Origin: Tricharina praecox
Taxonomy: Eukaryota
Assembly (NCBI RefSeq): GCF_024521635.1
Contig: NW_026250436.1
Location: 294,610-314,609, forward strand
Direction: 5' to 3'
Length of the DNA: 20,000 nt
Below are positions 1 through 10,900 of this stretch, piece after piece (within the stretch, counting starts at the first letter, position 1; the number at the start of each line of letters is the position of its first letter). Under the pieces are notes generated by a model. It searched no databases. It saw nothing but the letters and a program-made list of their open reading frames with translations, and was not told where the DNA came from. The position numbers and the translations under genes were made by a program.

Positions 1-243
1 ACTGGCGGTGTGTCTGGGGGTAGCCTGGAGTAAAGAAGCGTGAGTAACCTTCGCAAGGTTTGGATATCGTCGAATGTCTATGACGGTCGGCAGTTGGGGT
101 CGTGGTATTCGGCAGTGGTATGAATCTCTCCTCCTAGGTAAACCGGCGTTAGTTCATTCATCCTAATTATGGACTGTGAGACATGCCTTGGTAATCATCC
201 CCATAGCCCACCCATACCCGCGCTGCCTCAGATCAGTCCCACT

Positions 244-2139
244 CTACGATCTTCTCCACCAACTTCCCCGCCGCCGTTGCACCGGCGACGCTTTCCGATT
301 ACTGGCCAGTCGGATGAACAGAGTTTGGCCCATGTTTAGGTCATGGCTGTCTCCAGTCACAAAGTCGAGTCCATTGTCGTTTGCCCACTGTCTGGTTTCC
401 CGGGAGTAATCTTCGTGACGCCGGGGCATGCCGTAATGGTTTTCGAAGATGAGAATGGAATAGTCGTTGCTTGGAGCCTTCGCCCCACCGAATGAGCCCC
501 TCGCTTTCCGTTCCCTGATCTCATAAACTAGATCTTTCACCATCAACCAACTATCCTCGGGGTGTGGCTCGGTACAGTAAACGAGAAGAAATAGTTCGCA
601 ACTGTCGATCGCCAAGTGACGTAAGTGATGGTATTCCGTGAGACCCGAAGTATCAAGTATGTCAAGCTCGAGTCCTCCGTCAAGAAAGGTGCGAGAGTAT
701 TTCTCGTAGACGGTGGGACCCCCCGATTTGTGCAAGAGCCCACTCTTCCCGGTGCATGTACTACCCAACAGTGCGAGGCCCATTTTGATTGGCCTGACCG
801 GGTTAAATGGTAGTAGTTGATTCTGTTGCGGCTCGATCGCATCCGCAGTGCGCCAGTCGGACGTTCTATCGCTCTCGTCCTGGGGTGGTTCGTGGAGCAC
901 AGAAGTCAGGATCAATTCATCATCATCATCGTCACTGGATTCTCCACTGTCGTCGCTGGAACCTTTGGTATCGTGAATAGATCCCCCGTAGTCGTCATTT
1001 GATCCCTCGCCATTGTCGCTGATCGTTGCGTCATCGTAATTCGGTACTTCACTTTCGTCACCGGAACAACTTCTGTCATCACTGGATCCTTCACCATCCT
1101 CACTAGTTGCTCGTGAAGAAGTAAAACCTTGATAGAAGAGGTTGTCCCAATCCGGCGGCTCCTCTAATCCGGAAGAATCAAAGTTGAACCAGTGGCAGCT
1201 GTCCGGTAGTTCATTCCGCCGGACACTAGGGGTAACCACTGAGATGTTCGAGATGTCGGCCGACGAAATATCGGTGAGCTGTGACCAGGGCGACTCCAGT
1301 GTCTTAACGCTGCGCGATGACCCACTGGTAGAATGCATTCCCATGCGGGAGTAGACGCGAGACTTTAAGAGCGTATCTTCGAATTCCCAATCGACGGGAT
1401 GGTGCAAGGGGGTCAAAGATTGTGAAACGGCTTCTCCGGGGGTGACCGTCGGTCTGCACATCCGTGACCTACGCCGTAGAGTGTCGGGTTTGTCATCCTC
1501 CTCCTCCTCATCAGGCCCGCGTGTAGAGTATTCCCCTGCACTGCGCCGCTGCATAAGTGTCGACAAACGTTCGTTGCTTTCGATTGGTATATCGACGCGA
1601 ATGCGCGTCTCGTTCGTCGACAGCTCGGCGTGGGACTCCGACTCGCTTTAACCCAAGTCACTCAGATTAGGTTCTCGCATTCAGTGATGTAAATGGGATG
1701 CTTACCAGGGCAGTACGGTCAATATATAGTTCAAGCATGCCCTATGCGCGGCGAGCTTCTCGACAATTTTTTGCAGTGCACCCTCTCGCTGCGGCCATCT
1801 GACTCGATTCCACCAACCCATCGCCGCATCTCTCACTACCAGGCCCTGAAGTTCCGTGTGTAGTTCCGAGAAGGTTACAACGCAACTCGCCAACATGACG
1901 GAAAGATGTTCTAACGAAACTTGAGACACATGGTTGTTAAATATTGGCGTGCGCAGAAGGAGGTGACTCTGTAATTGTGAAAATATTGCCACGAGGCTTT
2001 CTGTTCCGTTCAGGACATGCGTCATAAGCAACGGTGCACTGCTGCCGGTTGTAGAGGCGACCGCCGCCAGCGAGTTGGTGATTTCTCCGGCAAGAGTTAG
2101 CACACTCGCAACAGAAGCGGTGATGGAGAGCAAGTCCAT
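244..2139 (-). CDS. Two-exon gene (exon 1 2139-1706, intron 1705-1646, exon 2 1645-244; ~611 aa): fungal HeLo-like/STAND-type N-terminal helical domain + acidic low-complexity linker + C-terminal degenerate Ras-like small GTPase domain
   Basis: A 60-bp intron GTAAGC...CTAAT...AAG joins ORF 1702..2139 in frame to ORF 244..1566 (..TVLPC/ESESHAELS..). The N-terminus MDLLSITASVASVL and WWNRVRW..E..L..IVEKL..HRACLNYIL resemble fungal Helo_like_N-type domains. The C-terminus has P-loop GSTCTGKS (742-765), switch I PTV and LDILDTSG. Confidence 0.8.
916..1104 (-). repeat. Degenerate 21-bp (7-aa) coding tandem repeat, 9 units, consensus about [SN]DDxxGS
   Basis: SEDGEGS/SDDRSCS/GDESEVP/NYDDATI/SDNGEGS/NDDYGGS/IHDTKGS/SDDSGES/SDDDDDE; several DNA units read agtga...tcc. 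Confidence 0.65.
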
Positions 2140-3315
2140 ATCACCGTCGGTGGAGTAGATGGATGGGTACAGGCGATGGGGCGGGGAAACGTAGCTGTGC
2201 AGAGTTCAGCCGCATAGTTATACGAACGACACGAAACCACGGCTGACATAATCGCGCATCATAATTGCTTTTTAAAATTCCTGAGGATCATACAGGCGCA
2301 GCAGTTCGTATCCTACCTACTCTACATACATAACTACTTAATAGTAGCCACTCCCGGTTTTACGGATTAACATCGATGGACTGCATTTTAGAGGCTAGAA
2401 TTGGGATTGAAAAAGGTACGATGGACAGCAATCGAGTGCAATCGTTGAGATAATCGTATACCGGGTCTATTTATATGAGACAGCTTGTCGACTTGCCGTA
2501 AATTATCCCACTTACTAAGTAGATATTTTCTCCCATGAATGTGCCCCGAAGCGCAGGATCTTCTAAGTATCTACGGTACTCTAGGCGTAGACTGAACAAA
2601 TGACCCGCACGTCCCCAGTAGGCATGTACTACGACAAGATCATGCCCTTAACACCTCACTTGGACGAAGAACCGACCGACGGCGGTATGATGGTGGTACT
2701 AGTAAACTTCCCATGCCCGGAAACACATATTATCGAACTTTCCCGAGTTGAAAGTGCATCGGCGGAGGAGAAAAGAAGATAGAAAAAGACGAGGCAGAGG
2801 ATAGCCCGCTCTTCCTAAGATACCGGAACCCCAGGCTAACTACCTAGTACGTAGTAAGAACCAGTTCACACCGGGGATGACGCCGACGAGCCAGCCGTGA
2901 ATAGCCTGTGAGGCGGTTATGAGGAGAGCAAGAGAAGGGAAAAGCGGGGACACAACAAATGGACCAGCAGCCGGTAAGAGGTGACGTTACGAAAAGGTTA
3001 TAAGCGATAATCGGCCTAGGTAGTCAGGGAAAACGGACCAGGGCGGTAGATAGCGCATACATAGCGTATCTATCGTTTCCTATCAGCAGCATCATTCACG
3101 CATCAGTTGAGTGTCGCCCCAGCGGAACCTTGCGGATAGACGCTCCTGACGACTGTTCTGAACGCTCGCCCGAGCCAACCGGTGCAAGAAAGTTTTTGAT
3201 AGCTCAGCGGCCAATAGGCCTGTCCAGGCAGGAAAGCGGCGGGTCGAGTAAAGGAGAACATACGGAGAAAGAGGAGATAGTGGCTCATCGTCTATTCTTC
3301 ATATGATGATCGAGC

Positions 3316-3336
3316 AAGAAGAAGAAGAAGAAGAAG
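3316..3336 (+). repeat. (AAG)7 microsatellite
   Basis: aagaagaagaagaagaagaag read directly in the intergenic region. Confidence 0.9.
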
Positions 3337-5832
3337 TAGAAAACCCCGCCGTGGCCGCCAATATTGATGCGCACTGCTAATCACCTTCGTTTTCTCCCGC
3401 CGACTGGTCCTCCTCTCCCTCCCCCCTCACGCTCCGCCACAACGGAGATGCAAGGGTGCAGTAATCAGGCAGCGAACAGAGAGTTTTAATGGCTTCGTGT
3501 GTGTTTCTTGTCGTTGTTGTGTATAAAAAAGACGTAGGCACTTATACACCGCGGACATCAGACTCGAGAGCTGAAGTGGGCCTTCATACATACGCGCACA
3601 GCGTCTAGGCAGGGGCTGACTATAAACACGTCCTTCGACGCTACGATTTTTGGAGTCCTCAAGAATTTCTATAGTCATATTTGCCGTTAGCCACACCTCA
3701 CACAGTTTGTAATATGTCACTCGATTGCGTAGTTACGTGGAATCCATGGGATTCCCCCCTTTCCTACTCGTGTCGCAGAAATCAATTGTGGTGCACTTTG
3801 CGAATTGATAGGATAACATGAGAGCGGCTCGGCTTCCGGGTATTTGATAGTCATATGTAGTGCTCTTACAGAAAGTTGAGCGGCGGGGCCAAGAGCCAGG
3901 GCCTACCCTTCATCGATAAAATACATTTCTATTTACACGCCTGGCGAGCACTCGCCCTTCTCTTAACGATTTAAAGCTGAGCTACTGAGATATCTCGGCG
4001 ACACGAGTTCTCTCTCCCTATACGTCACTACAAGTTGAACATAGTTGGGGTGGAGCGGACACAAGGTCCCTTGAACTTGTACTGTGCAGTGAGATGAATC
4101 ATCACTAGCGATGGACCCGGTTAAGTAACTGGTGGGAGGCGGATGAAACTGTACACAATATAAATGTTACTGGATTCAATAGAAGAGGGAAATGAAGTTC
4201 ATCGCCAGGGCGACACTGGGCTGCTGTGAGCTTTTAACCAGCAGGGTGTTCCAAGACCGCCGGCGACTGTAAGCTCCAATGTAGACTAGCTGATAAAGGC
4301 GGGTTGTTGAAAAGACTGGCGGAGGCAGCGGTGGGTAGGGATAAGTGAATTGTTTCAGACGTCCTGCACATCCCCGGTGAACATGCATCTCAATAATCCG
4401 TCCATGTCGATTTACCACCCACCTAGGACTGAACAACGAACGTCAGTATTATGTATTGTCCAACGTCTGCGCGGACTACCGGGTCCGGGCGGGCCCTGCA
4501 CACGAATATCTGTAACCAAATATGGGTGTTCGCGTACTGCAGCCCATTACACAACTTTCTGTGACTGTTCTCCGGTTTCTCCATCGCCGCCCTATCGTGA
4601 CATGGCCCATTTCAGCTACCGGTTGGAATTTATATGCACCCAGATGTTGCACTCACATACTGTCGGTTACGTCCGGCGATCGATCCTTCCACCAAATGGC
4701 ATCTTCGGAACCGCTGGGCCTGAGCAGGCACGCGTTTCCTTGCTAGTCGGGGCAGAGAGCACTTCTGTACGGCGCCGGGAACTGAGATCAATGTCCGAGA
4801 TCAATGGAAAGTCCCAAAAGACGGCCGGAAGGACAGATCATTGAGATGTCTGTCGATCAGCTCCAGTAAGGAAGAACTGGAACTACGAAATAAGTTCAGA
4901 ACCTTTTCCCAAGGCCTGCTAACTCACTGTCTTTCGGTATACATGGTGAGTACGGACTTCACCTAGCCCCGGGAATAGTTAGTGGTAAGTAGCAATATGG
5001 CTGCAGCGCGCCAGTTTTCCAGCGTTCCGACGGGAAGCCGGCGCACTCCTCAACTACTTGCATACCTACTTAAACATCGGTTATTAATCTTAGCCATCCG
5101 GAGATACTGTAAATAGCTATACATTATTCTAGTATCACCCCTTAGGCAGCTTGCATACCTCATTTCTTCGGTTCTAGTATCTCCGAAGGCACCAACCCGC
5201 GCCGGCTTCGACCTGGATTACGGTTACGAGAGGGCCGAATTTCAACATGAATTCAGCCGGGAATCGGTAAAAAGGACCTCGATCCCTATCGAGTAGTCGA
5301 GTCCGGGAGCTGCCTTTCTGGTGCCCGAGAAACTCTCGATTGGGAATATCCTGGGAGATGGGCATAAAGTGTTGGAAAGCCTGAAATTTCCACGCGGAGC
5401 GTCCGCTTCCATACGTGTATAGCATTATCGCGGAAGATTATTCAGCCTACAACTCATTTTTCCCCAGCCGGCTCATTTAGGTGAGGGCCCAGTGCTTCTG
5501 TGCTACCACAATTAACACCTTGGTCATGCCCAGCGTCATCCCCGCCGTTCCCCAAAACCACCTTGGTACCTCCGCCGACCGATATGGAGTCTCACCTAAA
5601 GTGGATGCCCAACGGTGATCACGCTACTAGAAACCTCAGGACCCGCCATCACCTGGGCTGTTGCATGGTTAGTGGCCGTATAAACGTTGCAAGATAAAGG
5701 TACATACTATTTCCAGGCGACAGTATAGTTTGTAAACCACATGGTTTATCTACCGGAAGAAAGTTGATTGCTTATAATACACATCGCCTGCCCATAACTT
5801 GGTTCTTTCGGGGTCTTAGACGAAATCCAACG

Positions 5833-7880
5833 ATGCACTTCCATTCACTTCTTTTACTATCCATCGCCGTCGTTGTGATTGAGGCTGCACCTTTCTATGG
5901 AACTGTTGTTTCACGCGCGGAGGAGCTACAGTCGGAGTACGACTATGTGATTGTAGGCGGAGGATTGTCTGGATTAGTTGTGGCGAATCGGTTGACGGAG
6001 GATCCGAAGAGTAAAAACCCCTCGGCGGACAAAAAGGAGAATGGAATGACTGACGGTGACTAGAATCCGTGCTTGTAATTGAAGCCGGGCCAATGTATGA
6101 TCCATCCCGCATCACCCACATGCGCACTCACTGACTTGGCCTGTCTCCAGTTTGAACCCCGACCCCGATGCCGTTTTGATCCCCGGCCTAGCCATTTCCC
6201 TCGGACAATCCTATCAATGGCTGACGCAGACGGAGCCAATCGCCGACTTGAAAAACCGCACGTTCAGTATTTCGTCCGCTAAGGTTGTCGGCGGCGGCTC
6301 GGCGATCAACGGAATGTTCCTGCAGCGCGGTTCCCGCGGCGACTACAATCTCTGGGAGAAGCTCGGAAATAGAGGATGGGGATGGGACGGGCTGGAACCG
6401 TATTTCAAGAAGAGCGAGACTTTCCATCCGCCGACGGGGCATGACGATCTGGATATCGCGTACGATCTAGCGACGCATGGCACGGAGGGGCCATTGCAGG
6501 TGTCGTATCCGCAGTTCTTGTTCCCGCAACTTAGTTAGTCATCGCTTTGCTATGCGAGGAAGTTTCGGACTAACGACGAGGTAGAGTTGATAATGGAGGC
6601 GTTCAGGAAATTCGGGGTCACGATTCCGAAGGACTCTGCCAACGGAAATGGTATCGGGGCGCTCTGGGTGCCATCATCGGTGAACCCGGCAGATGAGACC
6701 CGATCGTACGCAAAGAGGACGTATCACGAGATTTCGTCCAAGAGAAGCAACTACCACCTCCTCACCGAGAGGCAGGTAACAAAGATCCTACTGAAGAATA
6801 AGAAAGCTACTGGCGTCACCGTGAGTTTTCCCTCCGTTGTCCGATATACCGAATCCAAGCTGATCGCTGTAATAGATTTCTGCCGCAAATTCAACCTCTG
6901 CCATCAATGTCACGGCAAAATTGGAGGTTATTTTGGCAGCAGGAGCGCTTCACACACCAAAATTAATGCAGCTATCAGGAATCGGGCCGAAGGCGCTCCT
7001 GGAATCCTATGGAATTCCATTAGTACAGGACCTCCCTGGCGTTGGCTCCAACCTTCAGGACCACCCGACGATGTACAGCGCATTGGTATTCAACTCCACA
7101 ATTCCATCTGGATACCCGGATACAAACCAGTTGTACACCAACGCCACCTACGCGGCGGAGATGCTCGCGCAATACCATGCAAACCGCACTGGGCCGTACA
7201 CGATGGGCCTAGGCAACAATGCCGCATTCCTACCCCTTCCCTTGATCGCCCCGGACAGGTATAAATCACTCCTCAGCATTGCCCTCGCCGCAAACGCATC
7301 CACCTCCGACCTCGCCGCCGTGCAAGCGGGTTACAACAAGCAGCGAGCACTCCTGCTCGCGGCATTCGCCACTAACGATGTAGCTGTAGACGAGTTCTTA
7401 GTCGGCACCTCCGCCGGCGCCGGAATATCACTACAGCACCCTCTATCCCGTGGCTCAGTCCAAATTAGGTCAACATCACCCTGGGACAATCCCATGATCA
7501 ACTCACGCTCAGTTTCCGACCCGCTCGATCGCGCGATCCTCGTCGAGAGTATGCGCTACGCGCGACGATTCCACGCCAGCCCCGGCATGGCCCCATTCTC
7601 TCCGGTCGAGGTCTCCCCCGGCACCGACGTGGTGAGCGATGAAGCGCTCACTGAGGTTGCCAGGGAGGCGCTCGTACCCACGTTTGCGCATCCGAGTTGT
7701 ACGTGTCCGATGATGCCGCGAGAGATCGGTGGTGTGGTGGACGTGAAACTTAGGGTGTATGGGATAAGCGGACTCAGGATTGTTGATGCCAGTGTTTTCC
7801 CACTTATTCCAGCGTGTCATCTGCAGGCGACAGTGTACGCGGTTGCGGAGAAGGCAGCGGATATCATCAAGGGTAAATAG
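5833..7880 (+). CDS. Secreted GMC oxidoreductase (glucose-methanol-choline family, CAZy AA3_2-like), 5 exons: 5833-6010, 6064-6094, 6151-6533, 6585-6820, 6876-7880; ~610 aa
   Basis: Signal-peptide-like MHFHSLLLLSIAVVVIEAAP; FAD-binding YDYVIVGGGLSGLVVANRLTED..SVLVIEAGP; KVVGGGSAINGM; EVILAAGALHTPKLMQLSGIG; GVGSNLQDH; catalytic His pair in FAHPSCT and PACHLQATVYAVAEKAADII. Four 51-56 bp GT-AG introns with CTRAY branch sites keep the frame. Confidence 0.95.
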
Positions 7881-8565
7881 ATGGGAGGGCATGTGATTGG
7901 ATATGAGAGAATAAGAGTGGTTTCCCAATTCTTCCAGAGCGCATACCGGGAGATATACATTGGTTTTTGCTCTTCCTCGCGACATGATCGATTGTTCATT
8001 GTAGGACGTCGACCTCTATAAACCGGCGGTGCATGTTGGCACCGTATCTTCGGTGACTTAGTGGCTATAGACGGCCTGGAGTCGAGGTTGGGACGGGTAG
8101 GGGAGGTGTATCATAGTGGGTGATCGGCTTTCGCGATTAGTTGATGCTTTGTGATGGTGACTGTGAGGGGCCGGAGGTCAGAGGTCTCAGTACCTGGCCA
8201 ACTGCTCGCCTTGTTCTGCTCATTCACAATCGTGAAAACTAGGCTTCGGGTCAAAGATTCCCCATGGAAATCATACTCCCTACATACAACCCCCCACGTA
8301 GCGGCGACAAACCAAGATCTTTTAGCGCAGTCCTGCAAAACCCCGTGACTTCTACACGGCGAGTATCCGATATAGGTGACTTTTGCGTGACAACCCTGTA
8401 GAGCCTGAGACTTCTGCGTAATGGCGGTGCCGAAGAACAAGCATGCCGAGTCGATACCCAAGAGCACTCCCGACACCATGACGACGAGCAGACCGAAGGC
8501 AAGTCGGCGAGCAAGACCGCGAGATTGCGGCCGAGCGACACCAAGCCTTCAAGAGCGTGTCGGGT

Positions 8566-8733
8566 GCATGACCGAGAGCACTCCCGCAAGCATGACCGAG
8601 AGCACGATCAAGAGTATGCCGGCGAGCACGACCGAGAGCATGACCGAGAGTGTGCCGGCGAGAATGACCGAGTGCAGACCAGCGGGTATGACAGAGAGCA
8701 TGCTGAGAGGCGTGCCGACGAGCAGACCGAGAA
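8566..8733. repeat. Degenerate 12-bp minisatellite (consensus about GCATGACCGAGA), ~14 in-register units, decayed copies extending ~8440-8850
   Basis: gcatgaccgaga/gcactcccgcaa/gcatgaccgaga/gcacgatcaaga/gtatgccggcga/gcacgaccgaga/gcatgaccgaga...; gives the MTES, REHD and LSVM tetrapeptide ORFs. Confidence 0.85.
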
Positions 8734-9194
8734 CATGACGGCTAGCGAGATTTTCTGCGAGCATCACTGAGGCAGAGACCGACAGAGTTGCCGAGAGTAT
8801 CACCGAGAGAGTGTGGAACGGTCATGCCGGCGAGCGTGCCCGGGAGCACCTACGACGGGCGTATTGAGAACCCGGTTAAGTGGTAAGAAGCAAGGGCGCG
8901 CCCCGCTCAGACTATATTGCGCTGTACTGATCTGCAGTGCCGCAGAGCACTCCCGTCACCAAGCGAGGCGACACCGCACGACTGTAGAAGAGCACTCTCA
9001 CCCCCGAGCGAGACGGGGTTGCAGGACTGAACTCGCAGAGCGACGCCCTCTAGTATCACCAAAAAAGCGATTTCAGTCACCCCCCCAAAGAGCACCATTA
9101 AATTGGCTTACAGTGAGTGATGGTTTATGATTCTTATCATGAAATATCACTCATTGGGGGTTAACTACTTGAAGGCTTCCTGTAGTAAGCCCCT

Positions 9195-9306
9195 AAAGAG
9201 GGGATACTGTCACGGTTCAGAAGTCCTGGCCTGGGATGATGGCCTTCAGCCATCAAAATACCTTTTGGTTGAGTGGTATAGTACTTTCCCAGTGTACTTT
9301 ATTACA
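9195..9306 (+). mobile_element. Possible remnant of another Ty3/Gypsy element: PPT plus LTR-like start (TGTCACGG at 9208) and a possible LTR-like end (..TTATTACA at 9306)
   Basis: AAAGAGGGGA-TAC-TGTCACGG has the same layout as the family B 3' junction AGGAGGGA-CTAC-TGTCACGG; the following sequence does not match the B LTR. Confidence 0.4.
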
Positions 9307-9489
9307 GCAACCACAGCGCCACCATTTTGCCGCGAAAATCCCGCTGACATCTACGAACAACTTCAAGTAATCGTGAATCATGATGAACCCGCCGAAGAAA
9401 CAACCCTGCAGGGGTTGTATAACGGATTCAAGGTCCTTGGGTTAGCAATCACCCAGTCACCGATAGCAGCACCAACATGGCGCATATAC

Positions 9490-10048
9490 TGTCACGACTC
9501 GCGACGGAATGACGAAGGGTGGGTCGGCGTAAGGATCGGGAGAGTTGGGAGGAAGTGCACAGGCAGTGCACCGGCAGGGCAAGGATGAGTCGCAGAGGAT
9601 TGGGGGCTGTGTGCAGGGAGCAGGGATAGCGCAGTAATGAGTCGCAGGGGATTGGGGCTGTATGCAGGAAGCAGGGGTAGTGCGGCTGCGCAGGGTATGA
9701 GTCACGGAAGTGGGGTACTGGCAAGGTGAATTTATCAGGGTCTGGCACACCCCCACGGCCATTGTCAGGTTGCGGGAAGAAGTGGAGGATTTTCTATATA
9801 AACGGGCCGTTGCACCTCTGTATTTAGTTCTTCACGCAACAACTTGTTGATTCAATCACTGTTACCTCTGTCGTTGCCTCGGCTGCCGTCTGCGCAGTAG
9901 TGCTTGTCCCCACCTCTGTTCTCAGTTGCCGTCTGCACTGAGCCCTGCCTTACCTGGTCCTCTGAACCCGTCTTGCCTCTGCAGAACCCAGAACCCGGTT
10001 CCCCGCCCGACTTCGCTACCTGGAGCCTTGCCCGACCGTGCCGTTACA
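9490..10048 (+). mobile_element. Family B LTR copy 1 (559 bp, solo-like, no TSD)
   Basis: TGTCACG...CGTTACA; colinear with 13408-13966 and with the reverse complement of 15801-16359 (~93% identity by eye); TATATAAA at 9795-9802; flanks TATAC and GCCGT differ. Confidence 0.95.
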
Positions 10049-10093
10049 GCCGTGACAGGGGTCCCTCCTAAGGCTTGAGTTCCGACAAGAGCA
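10049..10093 (-). mobile_element. Fragment of the 3' end of a B-related element: pol tail/PPT plus the first 9 bp of its 3' LTR
   Basis: 10049-10093 matches 16351-16395 at 40/45 nt (ALVGTQALGGTPVTA vs ALVGTRALGGTTVTA). Confidence 0.8.
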
Positions 10094-10188
10094 TGAGGCA
10101 GTGGATAGTCGTACGTCAATCTTCAGGCAAGCGCACAGATGTCTCCAAAATTGTGATGCGAACTGGAGGCCTCGGTCCGGTACAATGG

Positions 10189-10898
10189 TGTCAGACAGTC
10201 CGTGATTGTGACACCCCGATAGCTATCGGAGGACACGACGGTCGCAAGAGATGTGATTAGATAGTTCGGGTGATTAGAATAGAGTTGCGAGCCGAAAGGA
10301 TAGTTAGAAGCGATCGAGGACAAGATAGGAATGAGGGAGCAAACGGATTCCAGAGTCTAGACAGTGATCGGAGATGCGGGAGATCGGGATAACAGTCCAA
10401 AGGACTTTGAGATCTTCGTTCATAGGGCCCCGCAGTAGGAACTCCGATCCAGGGAAAAACTGTTATGACGAGAGAATCGAACATCGACCGATGGGGGCAG
10501 ACAACTTCGAGCAAAGAACTCTGCCGGCGCATGAGGGAGATAATTGCTCGGAAACTCCGATCTATCTTGGGCGCGTGGTGTTTACCACCTGCCTAGTCAA
10601 GAAGACTATCCGAAGAGAGCTGACGACGACTCGAGGCTAGGCCGCGGAACTCCGATGCAAAGAAAGCAACGGAGCTACGTTAGGCCGCACTCTAGAGGAA
10701 TCACGTGCTGAGGATCGGAACGACTATAAGTCGAACCGAGCAGGCAAACCGAACCAAAACCACAATCATCGCACCGAACAAACCATCGAAGAAACACTCT
10801 TAAGATTATTCCGTTGTGAATTATCGAAATCCCTGACTTTTATTCTATCCTCGATTTTACTATAGACTCCGACGACACAAACCCGTCCCAGTCTCACA
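10189..10898 (+). mobile_element. Putative 5' LTR of element A (~710 bp; left edge uncertain, alternative TG starts at 10152 and 10207)
   Basis: TGTCAGAC...GTCTCACA imperfect terminal inverted repeat; non-coding; TATAAG near 10724; followed by a PBS-like sequence and the gag ATG at 10938. No second copy is present to confirm it. Confidence 0.55.
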
Positions 10899-10900
10899 CT

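Noticed and set aside
2600..3300. Small spliced gene or ncRNA host on the minus strand (GTATGT/GTATGC donors and one CTGAC...TAG acceptor)
   Set aside because: Could not build a consistent spliced ORF or a convincing C/D-box snoRNA; needs RNA-seq.
3427..5697. Short ORFs in the intergenic region (e.g. 4350..4844)
   Set aside because: No recognisable motifs, several lack an ATG start, and they overlap on both strands; consistent with chance ORFs.
8566..8733. CRISPR-like array
   Set aside because: Contiguous 12-bp degenerate units with no unique spacers, in a eukaryotic context with no cas genes.
9449..9762. Recurrent ~90-100 aa ORFs (MPDPEK.., MTVGVCQ..) appearing three times
   Set aside because: They are antisense translations of the repeated LTR, not independent genes.
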